NCBI GenBank assembly: GCA_964187785.1
Contig: OZ076409.1
Location: forward strand, 60,824,001 to 60,888,000
Length of the DNA stretch: 64,000 bases
DNA from: Amphiscolops sp. MND2022
Taxonomy: Eukaryota
Direction of reading: 5' to 3'
The position numbers and the translations under genes are program-made. The notes beneath the pieces were generated by a model. The model saw only the letters and a list, made by a program, of their open reading frames with translations. It searched no databases and had not been told where the DNA came from. The stretch's first letter is position 1; each line of letters starts with the position of its first letter. Below are positions 1 through 11,781 of this stretch, piece after piece.

Positions 1-117
1 GAAGGTCCCTCTATTTTTTGACCGTTCAAATCAAAAACTTTTAGACCACATGGACATTTTTTGGCATTGACGTTCTTACATAACAGCAAGTTTGAAAAGA
101 TCTCGCACTTTTTGAAA

Positions 118-3100
118 TTTGAGGTGTGCGCCGACTTGAGGTGATCCCATCTTGGTTGCCAATGTACTAAACAGGTCTCCAAAACAAATTTATAAGCCGC
201 ACGCATCTATTAGTTGCTGCTGAAAATGAAATTTTAAAAACGAAATAAATTTTCATCAAATAAAGATCGGTGTTCGGTTTGCTTCCTGCTAAAAACTCTT
301 CAATTTCGACCTTTGAATAGAGCGCTGGCTTGAGTCAATCCTGTTCGTTTTGACCTTGAGATTTTTTCTGATGAAAACGATATTTTAGCAATACGAATAC
401 TTAACTTCCAATCAGCGTTTTATGGAACATAACGCTGTTATTGTGTTTTAAGTCGATTCTATTTTACCAACAGTCGGTTGTTTACCAAATGCACTGTTTA
501 CCTTAAGCTTATCCACAGAGTTCAACCACAAAAATACCATCATAGCATTTTGGTGGTCCCAAAACCTAAAAAGGCAGATTTAAATTTCGACACTTGAGGC
601 AGATTTTGTGGGCAAAGTCAGAAAGCTTTAGTGGATATGATAATCACAGAGATCAGCGACAGAACAAATATTAGCTACTGAGCATACATTAGTAAAGATG
701 TTTTCAAAAGAAACTTAAATATTCTAAAATAAGGACAATTTCTAAACTTGACCACGTTGATTTAACCTGGACCATATGAAACGAATGGCGTAGTGGCACC
801 GATTTTGTATACTTTTACGGCAATTTTCCAACGGGTGACCTTTCAGGGGAAAAACTCGACTAAAATGTCACAAAAACCCGAATTCGTGTTTTTCGGGAAA
901 ATTGTGTTTTAAAAAACTCAATGCCGAGTTTACCTAGAGGCGTGACTCTTCGGTCTCAAAAACTGCGGTTTTTAATCAGAAGATCAAAAACCGAAGTAGC
1001 GAAACTTTCCACTAAAGTGAAATTTTTTAAGTATAGAAAAACAACATTTCTACTCGACCAAAACTAACCAACGAGGTCTTTTCCATAAGACTCGGGGAAA
1101 GTTCTGCAACACGAAATGTGAAAAAAAAACGAAAACTGAATGAAAATTTTCGCAAAGTTTTGATGCTTTTTTTCGAAAAACATTTTTTCTGTAAGTCGCA
1201 TAGTGTCAAAAAATGCCAAAGGGGAGGCCTTTCGGTATTTCTTGTACCTTTGCAATTATTAAAAATTTGTCTAGCGCGGTATTCGAACCCACATACACGC
1301 AGAGGAACTCACTCGCCTCGTACAGAAATTCGTTTTGACCTCCAAGCCAAGCGGTAGGTAGTGTCACTATTGGCAGAACTCTATAAGTACGACACCAGAT
1401 TTTGGTAGAAACGAGCAGAAAATGAAAAATCCCTGACAAAAATTTTTCGTTCAAGGAAACAAAAAATAAACAAGCTGGGAACGGCCAGTCGGCACACGGG
1501 CCAAAGTTCAAAAAAGCAAGGTATTTTGAATATGAGAAGGAACACTATTAAGAAAGTTTTTCTCAAATTTACGATGCCAAAAAGATACCCGGAGGGATAT
1601 CCATGAGACTCGAAAATCCGTTCTCGCCCTAACTAGAGAAACCAAAAAATCCAATTCTCATGCTACCGAAGACCCCTCTGAGTTAGCAAAACGCTTTATC
1701 CTAGCCAGAACGTTTCCTTAAAATGAAGGAGGAGTTCTTAAAAAAGAAGGAGGGTACCCTTTGACCGTATGAAAGTTGTTTCCGAAAAAAAAGACGCTAG
1801 TGCCTAAAAAAATCGTAGCTTTCTACAATTATTGAGGAAACTATCGTCAGTCCCACAGGATCAGAAAATAACCAAAGAGGTCACCCTCAAGACGCGGAAA
1901 ACAGTTTTCGTCTACAGAGAACCTCAAAAAATTGAAAATTATTTTTTTTCCGAAATTTTTTCCGATAAGTCTTAGTTCTGAAAAACTCTAAGGCGCCCCT
2001 CCATGCTCACAAGGCACTGTTTTTGGTGAAAATTGAAGGGGATTCCGATAAAAATCAGTCAAGCAAAGAAAAATCCATTTCGGATCTGATTACTCGAATC
2101 ACCAGAAAAAGTAAGAAAACTGATGATAATGAATAAAAATCGGAGATCGAGGACTAAATTGAAGATAAAATCACTTTGCCTGTCAAATCTTAAACTCTGT
2201 TTTCTGAAAATTTTACTGAAAGTTGGTGTACGTGCAGAAGCCCGTGAAATCTAATCAAAATTTCTAATCTGTTTTTTGACTTAATATAGCAAAACTTTGA
2301 TAGACCTGGTGTTTTGTTGATCTTGACAAGATTCGATCTTAGAATAATGGCTAATCTTGGCAAGATTTTAAAACAAATCGATATAGCACCCATGGCCACC
2401 AAGATCGAGTACGAACTTCTCAAGATCTTGCTAGCCTTGTCATAGTGATAACTTTAAAAGATGGAGTGGTTCTGTTTATTAATTGACATCTGCATTCAAC
2501 GAAAGAAAAAACCAGCAATCAATACAAAATTTCTTTATTAAGGTAACAATTTGGTAAACCCATCAGGAACAAGCAGCCTACAAAACTTATGGTCGTTCCT
2601 CAGCCCAATTACTGATGACTTGATCCTAACTAAAAACACCATTAAGGAGAAGATTGAAAAGGTGACATAACTTAAAGAAGTGCTTCTTGGAAACGATTCA
2701 ACCGATTGCTAAAAATGGTAATCCTTGTAAAAGCAGAAATTGTACACGCTGTCGATGAAAAATGAGCAATGAAGCGATCTGAAGCCCACGTCTGGGAGAG
2801 AGTCACCGAAATAGTTGAACAGATGAGAGAATATTCCAGTAGTAAGACTACCGGCAGAAAATCTGAAGATGCTGACAAAAAACATACTCTGAAAATTACT
2901 TCACCACAAAGTTCTTGCAATAGCAAACGAAGCTGCTCTCGAGGTTAATGTTGATGACATCTTAATCTCTCATTGCTATTCGATCGCTCCGGTAAACACA
3001 AGTCAAATTTTGTGCTTTGTCTGGAGGGGTAAAAGTTCGAACTTCGCCGCCATGAAAAGACCTTGAAGTCAGATGATAACTATGTAAACACTCGCGTCTC

Positions 3101-3600
3101 GTAAGGCATCACAGTATCACTGTTGAAATATTCCAATGTTTCAAAATTTGAGAGATGAGTTTTACTACGACAACTCGTTACAAAAACGGCGTTTAGACGA
3201 AAAACGGAGCAATTTCAGAAATATAGAATATGACAATACTCTGAAAACTGTGAGGGAAAATGAGAAGCTGTCATAAAACTTGGCTACCCTCTTGATTCTG
3301 TTTTTTACATGTTTTCTTGATATGAATCAGAAGCAACCATTAACTAGTAAGAATGCGATGAAACCTAACAGAAAGACGAGTGAACACACAAGTTTTCATA
3401 AGACCATCAAGTCCTTAACTGAACACTTCGACAACCTTCTGGTTTTTCAAACAATTGAATGCAAAGCCATTGTAATATGTGTCTCACACTTCTGTTACAA
3501 TTTGCTTCAGAAACCAACCACAAAAGCACTGTACAATAGAAAATACCGCATACTAAGCTAACGATCCGGGACCGGCCCAAGTCGGTGCCTCGCTCAAGTT
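118..3600. repeat. Three dispersed copies of a second HINE-like end motif within patchwork repeat DNA
   Basis: aacaag..ggga.cggcc(ca)agtcggc(g)ca-like motif at ~1468 (+), ~3560 (+) and ~118-160 (-). Confidence 0.5.
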
Positions 3601-4199
3601 CTTAAATATGGAAAAGACACTGTTTTCAAACTTTTATTACTTGCTCCGGGCCGAAAATTACCCCAAAGTATACGCATAAAACTCGGAAACCAAATTTACC
3701 CAGCTGGATACAAAAAATCTACTGTTCCGAAAAAATCAATTAATTTTAGAAGAGTCTCATAGTGCTGAAAAAAGAACGACCATCTCGAAAAACTATCTTT
3801 CTCAACCGTTACGAAAGCGGGAGGGTAACCTTTGGCAAACGAAAGGTTCAGACAAAATACACGGAGCCAAAAAAGCTGTAACAAAGCATGATAAAGTTTT
3901 GGGAATGAAACAGATGTTCGATTTAGTTGAAAAATAATGTCACGCATGTCACAGACTGCTCCCGGCTGCTATCGCTTTGAACGCGATTACAATTAAATTT
4001 ACTGTGATGAACTGTTTAGAATGATTTTTGTGACGTCATAAAGACAGCTATGCTAGCAAGGCGTTGTTATTTGGAATGATTTCAGTGACGTCATTATTAA
4101 GAGAAATGGAATGATTTTTGAGCTTGCCGTAATCCCTCCGTCAACCGCTGGTCAGCTATAGCTAATCTAAAAAAACACACGGAGACGTTACGGAGCGAT

Positions 4200-5718
4200 T
4201 GTAAAAATGTAAGCTATGAAATTAGGGACTTGAACACAATTCAATAGAACTGGAAACAGTCCTTCTTGATCAGGAGATTTTGCCTGAGGAAAGCGATGCG
4301 AAATTTACCAGTGAGCCGAACCAGTTGAAAGAAAGTCATTGAGTTTAGTTAAAACAGCAAAACCTAACGGTACACAGGCTTGGAATCTTTAGCAAGTCTG
4401 TTCAAAAAGTTGTGAACGTCCTCGTATTCATCAACTTTTGAATAAGTTAACAAACTTTAGAATGAATTCACAAGAACGTATGCGCGATTTTTTGTTGACA
4501 GCTGAAGAACTTCAGCTTAATGTAACCGATGTTGAAAAAAACGATAGTGATCAGATGCTATAATCGGTAATCTTGAAAGGTTTGCTGAACAGTTTTGCAA
4601 GTTTCGTAACTGTTTTCATGTTTTCGCAAAAAGCTAAATCATTTGCTGATCTAAAACGAGATCTTTCGAATTTCGATAGTGATAGCTGCTGCGGTCAAAC
4701 CGACCAAGGATCAAGTTCACATTTCACTAAAGACGTGAAATGCTTCAAGTGAGGTAAAAATTGGCCACCGACAAAGTGAATGCAGAGTAAAAGTGTCTGC
4801 CATATTGTGTTACGAATGTGGTGAAAAAAGTCACAAGGCGAATGATTGCCTCAAAATGAAAAAGAGGTCAAAAACAGGAGCTCTGCGTGAGACGGCTCAA
4901 AACAAACGTTTTTACACGAAGCGAAATGAGAGTAATCGAACTGCTGAAAAACAAGGTTTTTCGTTTCATACTAGTCAAGCACATTCGACGGGTGAGAACA
5001 TAGAACTTTTGATAGACAGTGGCTGCACGAGTCACATAGTAATAGTCGCTGAATTGTTCAGCGACATGGACGTTTCAAAAATGGGTAAAATTCAAAGTGC
5101 GAACGGAACTGAATCCAGTATTGAGGGTAGAAGATCCGTTCGTTTTTTCGGCAAAAGACAATCAAGGCCAAGATCAAATCTTGGAACTTGAAGTATCGTT
5201 GAACGTTCCCCAATACACAAAAAAATTAGTTTCGATAAAGAAACTGAAGAAACAAAATGCCAGCGTTCATTTGACGCAAACCCTCGCATAGTTCACGATG
5301 ATAGATGTTTTTCGTTAAAGTGCGAAAATAACTTATGTTAATGCCGCGACTGCAAGTCTCCAATTATGGCATGAAATACTTGCTCACAATAACAAAATTG
5401 ATGTTCGAAATTTGGGCAGCCCCAAGTAACACAGAAAACGCCAAGCTGTTACCGATAAGTCTTCAAGTAGCAACTGCAGTTGAAAAACCTTTAGACATAG
5501 TGCACGTAGATATATCGCTAGTGAACACGACGTCGATAGATGACTTCAAGTACGCTCTAGGGTTCGTTGATAGCTTCAGCATACTCGGTGCTGTTCATCT
5601 TCTAAGCACAAGAGCCGAAGTTGGAGCGAAGCGTTTGAGGTTTATAGCTGAGCTTGGAAAACCTCACAAGATGGTAACTGATAATTCTGAAGTGTTCAAA
5701 TCTGGAAATTTCACGGAC
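4200..5718 (+). mobile_element. Decayed Ty1/copia retrotransposon, 5' part (gag, zinc knuckles, protease, N-half of integrase)
   Basis: Gag-like PRIHQLLNKLTNFRMNSQERMRDFL...SVILKGL (~4420-4590). Knuckle CYECGEKSHKANDC. Protease LLIDSGCTSHI. Integrase KPLDIVHVDI...YALGFVDSFS...MVTDNSEVFKSGNFTD. Contains stops and frameshifts; start coordinate approximate. Confidence 0.9.
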
Positions 5719-7225
5719 CATTACAGTGGGGTAACCGGCAACGAAAATGCAGATTTTACTCGTTGTGCGGCTCGGAAAATGATGGACATGAATGAATGTA
5801 TGGGCCAAAAATGCCCATTCGTTTCGCAGCCAAAACTGTTGCCTATTGATTTCCGAGGAAGCACAAGCTACGTATTGAGTTTCTTTGCAGGAGCGATGGC
5901 TTTAATTGCCCATGCATACTCGTTGATGAGAGTAAATTGGGCAAGTAATTCCATCGCTTGCTCAAAGAATTTCAAGATTTAGATAGATCTGCCACTCGCT
6001 TCGGCCAATTCAATACACTGCTCTGACATGGAAGTGTCTCAATATTTATCTACACATGCAGATTTTCAGTGTTCAGTTTTTGGTTTATCAAATTAATTCA
6101 GTTAAAATTAATTTAGTTATCAAATTAAATTCTTAATTTTTTTTGACTAAGAAATATCAGCTCAACTATTATTTTCCCAGTATTTTAGGCGGGACAAATA
6201 AAATTGGCAATGACGAAAATCTTCGTTCCGAAGCCGATATCTGCAGGAATATAACCCTAATAATTTTTTCGTTCCGGCCAATCACTGCAAGATTATTATC
6301 GTGATAAATTTTAGTTTACTTTATTTTAATACTGTTTAATACTTAACTATTCTTTTCTTTTGTATATAATGGCAATTATGATCGGGCAATTATGATAATT
6401 ACAAATATTTTGATGTATTATGATGTGTAGGTATATTATGATGTGTTAGTATGTAATTTTGATGTATTTCATTTTTTTGGAACTTATTAAATCAGTATTC
6501 TGTGAATCGTTTTTGTTTTGGGGCGAAAGAACAGTATAGTTGATATATAATACGAGTTTAAGTTTTTTCAATCATAACAAAAAATTGTTTGATAGTTGTA
6601 CACTTACTACAGAAACAACTTTATTCAACTATTCACCTTGATTGATATATATGGTTGTTTGATATTTATTAATTTAATTGGTATCCTGTGAATCGTCATT
6701 GATTTATTTATTGACAATTAATCTAATCATCAAAAATCAGGATTCTTTGTTTTGGGCAAAAGAACAGTATAGTTGATATATAAAATGAGTTTAGGTTTTT
6801 TCAATCATAACAAAACAATTGATTTTTTCATATTTATTAATTGAGTTGGTATCCTGTGAAACGTCATTGATTTATTTATTGAGAATTGATCAAATGATTG
6901 TTCTGATATTTACCATTTTTTCAAAGTGTGAACGTTCTTATCAGTTGTTAAAGTCAACGCTCCAAGAAGTGGAATGTTACTAAATGTTCAAAGTAATTTC
7001 ACTTCCATTTTAGTGATTTAAGTGCACAAGTAAATCAGTAAGATTGTTGTAATACGGGAGCAAAAGTTTATTTGTTTTTCTGTTGATCAAACTACATGTA
7101 ATCTTGATGAACGAAACCGAATACTCGCTTCTGATTGGACGAAATTCTTTCGTCGCATATTCCGATGAGGTCATATTGATACTGTGCGTGTAAAAGTTAG
7201 TCATTTGTTTTCAATTGTCATTGCC

Positions 7226-8313
7226 ATGTTAAAAACGTTACTTTTACGGATCCGGAAGCTGGACATTGAACTAGACGACTTACCGGACCATTTGAAACAG
7301 GTTAGAGTTAATCAGTTGATTTATTAACTTTCAGGGTTGGCTTTTTAATACTTTGGTTTTAATAATTGCTTTCAATATTTTTTCTTGATAAACGTTGGTG
7401 ATTTCCTAAATAACATAACAAACAACAAAAATAAAATTAGTTTCAAAACACAAAATTGAAATGAGTTTCACTAAACATACAAATGAATGCAAATAACATA
7501 AAAACAAAATTAGTGTCAAAGAACATAAAAATAAAACCGAATACCCGGTAAAACGATCGAACTCAGAAAATTTTATCTGTAATTTCCACACTTTTTTCAG
7601 TGAATCTTTTGAATTGTGTATGCTTTTGACCACTGATATTTTCTCATTAACAATTTTATTTTTATGTTTAGTGAAACCCATTTCATTTTAATGTTATTTG
7701 AAACTAATTTTGTTTTTATGTTATTTGCTCTTATGTTATTTGGGAATTCACCGATATTTCTTAGTCAAAAAAAATTAAATATAATGCTTATATAGAAATA
7801 CACTGTTATTCTAATCTCAAAAGTTTTGCTCATTTGGTTGCCAGAAATTCGGTTACGGATATCAAAACGTGCCCATGGATTCCCGAGTTTTGGAAGGCCT
7901 TGTCGGTTACCCCACTTTAATGTAAATTTGGCAAATTTGTTGTTTTTTTCAGCCCAAATTTAGGCCAAGCCTTCATCATGATAGAGAAGCCAGTACCGAA
8001 GCAGTTCTTCAAGAACACCGCGGCGTTTCGACTGACAGAGATGAGCCAACCGTCTGTCAGAGTTAGTTTTTAACATGAACTTTTTGAAATCTTACATGTG
8101 TCTATGTTTTGACTAATGCCCGCAGTTCATCAACCACTATTTGAACACATGAATAATAGGAAAACTAAATCCGAATGTTTCACGTTTGACTACGTTGCTG
8201 CAGGAAACGAGGAAGTTGAGACCGATGATGAACAAGTCACTCTCCAGGAGCACATTTTGACTGATAGGGATCAAATCAGCCTCCTCAACGATCCGACCGT
8301 CTGCCCCAGTTAG
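7226..8313 (+). CDS. Possible small 3-exon gene (7226-7300, 7953-8061, 8204-8313), unknown product
   Basis: ATG plus phase-compatible GT/AG sites. Exons 2 and 3 are paralogous (VLQEHRGVSTDRD..PTVCQ vs TLQEHILTDRD..PTVCP). No recognisable domain. Confidence 0.3.
7391..7758. mobile_element. AT-rich MITE-like inverted repeat element
   Basis: ggtgatttcctaaataacataa...aaaattagtttcaaa at the left end is the inverted copy of tttgaaactaatttt...ttatgttatttgggaattcacc at the right end. Confidence 0.55.
7883..7922. repeat. Internal copy of the right terminus of the giant transposon
   Basis: ccgagttttggaaggccttgtcggttaccccactttaatg matches 24620-24659 with 2 mismatches. Confidence 0.9.
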
Positions 8314-8424
8314 TTCTTTTATATGATTCCTTGAGAGTGTTAATCGATATCTGCTTTTTGGAATATCCATTGGCATATTTTGAATTCAAAATTGACAAAG
8401 AAAACAAAACCCGAAGATAATATA

Positions 8425-8661
8425 CAGTAGTGATATTATTGAGAGCATCAAAAGGCAAATCTCAAAATCGAATATCTCTAAAACGGCAGTGGTTTATGAA
8501 AACTTATAAAAATAAACGTATTCTAGATTTTTATCTAGTTTACAAATATGTTTGTTTGAAGATTTTTTCGAAAATACATGTTTTGGGATGACTTTGAAGT
8601 TTTTTTTTCACCTGCCGCAGACTTTGAAGCGGCTTTGTTGCTTTTAAAAATATCACCACTG
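8425..8661. mobile_element. MITE with TA TSD (Tc1/mariner-type), copy 1
   Basis: TA|CAGTAGTGATATT...AATATCACCACTG|TA; related to 18511-18690. Confidence 0.7.
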
Positions 8662-8750
8662 TATTTGACTAGATGACAATGACTAATATTCCAACAAAAA
8701 TTATATAAAAACTGATAAGTTAAAAACAAAGTTCGAGTTTATCAATGGTT

Positions 8751-11166
8751 TTACTCGGCATTACCGCCGAAAATTCTTTTGGCTTCGGGGTCCATGTAAT
8801 CAAACATCAGCTGCTCCAGGGGTTCAATTTTCCGCTTTGCAATAAGTAGCACGTAACGCGGATTATTTTTCAAGTATGTACATTTCAATTCGACCAGTTT
8901 CATGTTACAAGCTGGGTTGGTCTTTCCACCATCAAAGGTACTTGAGTAATTGCACAATCGAGCAAGGCACCTTCTGCCATCGTTGTGGATGGGGCATATT
9001 TCCGAGGTTGCATCAATAATTCTTCCCGGCCTTGTTTTAACCTCGATGCAGTATTCTGGCTTGCGGTTCTCTGGGTCCAGACTGCAGTAGTAGTCGACGT
9101 TGTTCGTGTTTTCTTCTACATGTCCGTGGTAGTCAAAAATAACGTCATCCTTGTTAAATGGTTTGGTCGCGATTATTCCTCGACCCATTGTAGGATAGAC
9201 AACATCGCAGACGCCTGGCCAGAATTGGTTTTCGCATCTATCTTTCAAGTCATCTTGGAAGTAAGGGGTATTGCAAAGTCTCCATTCTAGATTTGGATTG
9301 AATGCTTTTTTGCGCGAACTTTGTCGAGATCTTGATACCCCAGACATTCTAGAAGAAGCATCCATGACTCTCTTTACATCTGTGAAGTGGGGCCAGTTGA
9401 CCAAGTTTGCAAAATCGATTATTCTCTCTCTTTCTTTCGCAGGGTCAGCTAGTGATGTAGGGTAGTGGCTCTTGTATTCGGCCGCCCTAATATCTGCTCT
9501 TTGATGCCTAAGTGCTTGAATTCTTTTTTCGACTACTTTCATGACCGTTCTGTCATCGTAATGTCCGCTGGGCCTCAAATGTTTTTTGACTTCCATCATC
9601 AGGTAAGATTCAGACCAAAATTCTTCTTCTGCTGAACATTTTGAAAGTGTCATCAGTTTGACAGTTCTTTCCAATCTGTCCATTTCACGTTCGGCTGGGT
9701 TTCTTGTCAAGTCGGAAAACTAGAACACGCAGATAGTTATTGAAATAAGCGAAAACTGCAAAAGGAAGATGTTTTTGATTTTCCAACTTGTGATTATGTC
9801 TTATGGTTACTATCGACTAATACAAATCAAACTGAGTCAAGTAATTCTTATCAAACAGTATTTGATTAGTTACCTGTTCAATCCGATTTCTTATGTTCCG
9901 CACTTTGAATTGTGTTTTTCCCCAGCTGTTGACAAAGAATGGCTCCGTCATGACGTAATATGGTGGTATCCCTTGACTGGGTGACTGCATGAACCTTTTT
10001 TTCTGGTCGATACCTTCAGGTTTTATGAAGTACGGTCGTACAGCTTCAAAATATATTAACATTGCTTCTCCAACAATGTGAGGAATTCTGAAGCTGTCCA
10101 AGTACCCAGCTTCATCTTCAATTTGCAAGACAAACAAGTCACTTGAGTTAGAACTTCTATTGTGCTGAATTTGAGGGACCATTTGTAAAACGGCATGAGT
10201 TGTAATGCTCAAAATTTTGCGATCTCTACACTTTGGAATAGAAAATTCCAGCAAATAAGCAATGAGGTCCCCAAACAAATTGGTTTTGTCAATGCTGGTT
10301 AGAGATTTTGCGAATTTGAATTGCTTCATTATGTCATAAAGGTCTGACAAGAGTCGCGCTTCAACAGTTGTGCATAATGTTAGGTGCACTGGGGTAATTT
10401 CTCGCAAATTTTTCTCATAGTTTTTGGGAACACATCGTTTACTTTTTGGGCCATGGTTTTCCTCATCATAATGGTTAAGTTTCCGCTTGTTCGCTATCTC
10501 CTGTTGGCATCTTTCCATGTTTGCCAAGGTGTCGTTGCAAGAACGGCTCAGCTGACTTGCCATGATATCACTCGGAGTTTGGCTCAGCTGACTTGCCGCG
10601 ATATCACTTGAAGAACGGCTCAGTTGGCTTGCCATGATGTCACTCGGAGTGTGGCTCGTACTGTCACTTGGGGTGTGGCTCCGTTGATTCGTCGTACTGT
10701 CACTCGGTGTGTGGCTCAGTTGATTCGTCGTACTGTCACTTGGAGTGTGGCTCAGTTGATTCGTCGTACTGTCATTCGGAGTGTGGTTCAGTTGATTTGC
10801 AGTGTTGATTAACAGAGGTGTCATTTGATTTGCAGCAAGTTGAGCTTGTACCATTATCGAGACGTCCGAAGGGCTATCTTCATAATTCACACCTTCTATA
10901 TTAGAGATTTGTGAAAATATCCTTTGTTCAACTTGGGTGAAACTTGGCCAGCTTTTAGATGACACACTGGGTGATCCATACAACTGTTGTGTCGAACTAG
11001 ATTGATCCAAGGGAGTACTCATGTAGTATGCAAAGTTGCTTTCATTCGGTTTAAATGGAGTCGAAAATCTTTCAAATGTTTCGTTTGGAGCAACAGAATT
11101 TGTCACAGCCGGGCTAGTCCCCAAGACAGTGTAAGAGAGAGATTTCTCATGTTGAGGAGGGTTCAT
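8751..11166 (-). CDS. SET-domain lysine methyltransferase, SETD8/PR-Set7-like (~753 aa; exons 11166-9874 and 9719-8751)
   Basis: A phase-0 GT..AG intron (9873-9720) joins ..NRIEQ|FSDLTRNP.. in frame. SET motifs GRGIIATKPFNKDDVIFDYHG, IIDAT, LARLCNYS, LIAKRKIEPLEQLMFDY. N-terminal S/T-rich region and a possible tyrosine-recombinase-like remnant. Confidence 0.88.
10530..10800 (-). repeat. 36-bp coding tandem repeat (NQLSHTPSDSTT / SQLSRSSSDIAA)
   Basis: About 8 degenerate 12-aa units within the SET gene. Confidence 0.9.
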
Positions 11167-11781
11167 CGTTATGTAAAAGAGACTGTTTTCTAGCTACTGT
11201 TTGGATTGAATGGTGAGTGCTCAATCCTTTCCTTGAGCGATCCAAATTCGAACTAATTCAAAGACGCTTCGTCAATCAACTGTGGTATATTATAATTAAA
11301 GAAAAATGGTGATCTTCGTATTAAATAGTACATATATGATAATTATTCATTTCTGATAATGAATTATTTAATTATTGAAAAAAGTAGTACATACCGTTGG
11401 TAATAGCTTTGCGGATGTGCTATTTAGATTTGCATGAAGATGAGCTCATTTAAGGACGCTTTTCAAATCAACTGTGGTGATAATTACCTGATGACGTGCG
11501 AACCTTCAAATATCGTTTCAAAATAGGGGATAAAAACCGAAGTATGAAATAACGTAAGCTAATTGGCATAAAATGAATTGAATTTTCGCCCATCCGTTTC
11601 CGAGTGATGAAAAGCAATGAAAAAGCCATGTATTTCTGCGTTTCAAATTGCCCATGCGTTTCCAAGTCTTAAATGGCATTATCATTTTGATGATCTGTTC
11701 GGATATCTGAAATAGAATTTAAAATGTCGAATTTTTTTCAAACATGTTTTTCACCAATACTAATCGGAATATGTGTTTCAG

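Noticed and set aside
3950..4200. 5' LTR of the copia element
   Set aside because: No convincing match to the sequence after the 3' purine tract (~26810 onward).
5722..5982. C-terminal part of the 215-aa ORF 5335-5982 as integrase
   Set aside because: After ...GNFTD the frame simply runs into the transposon's left end.
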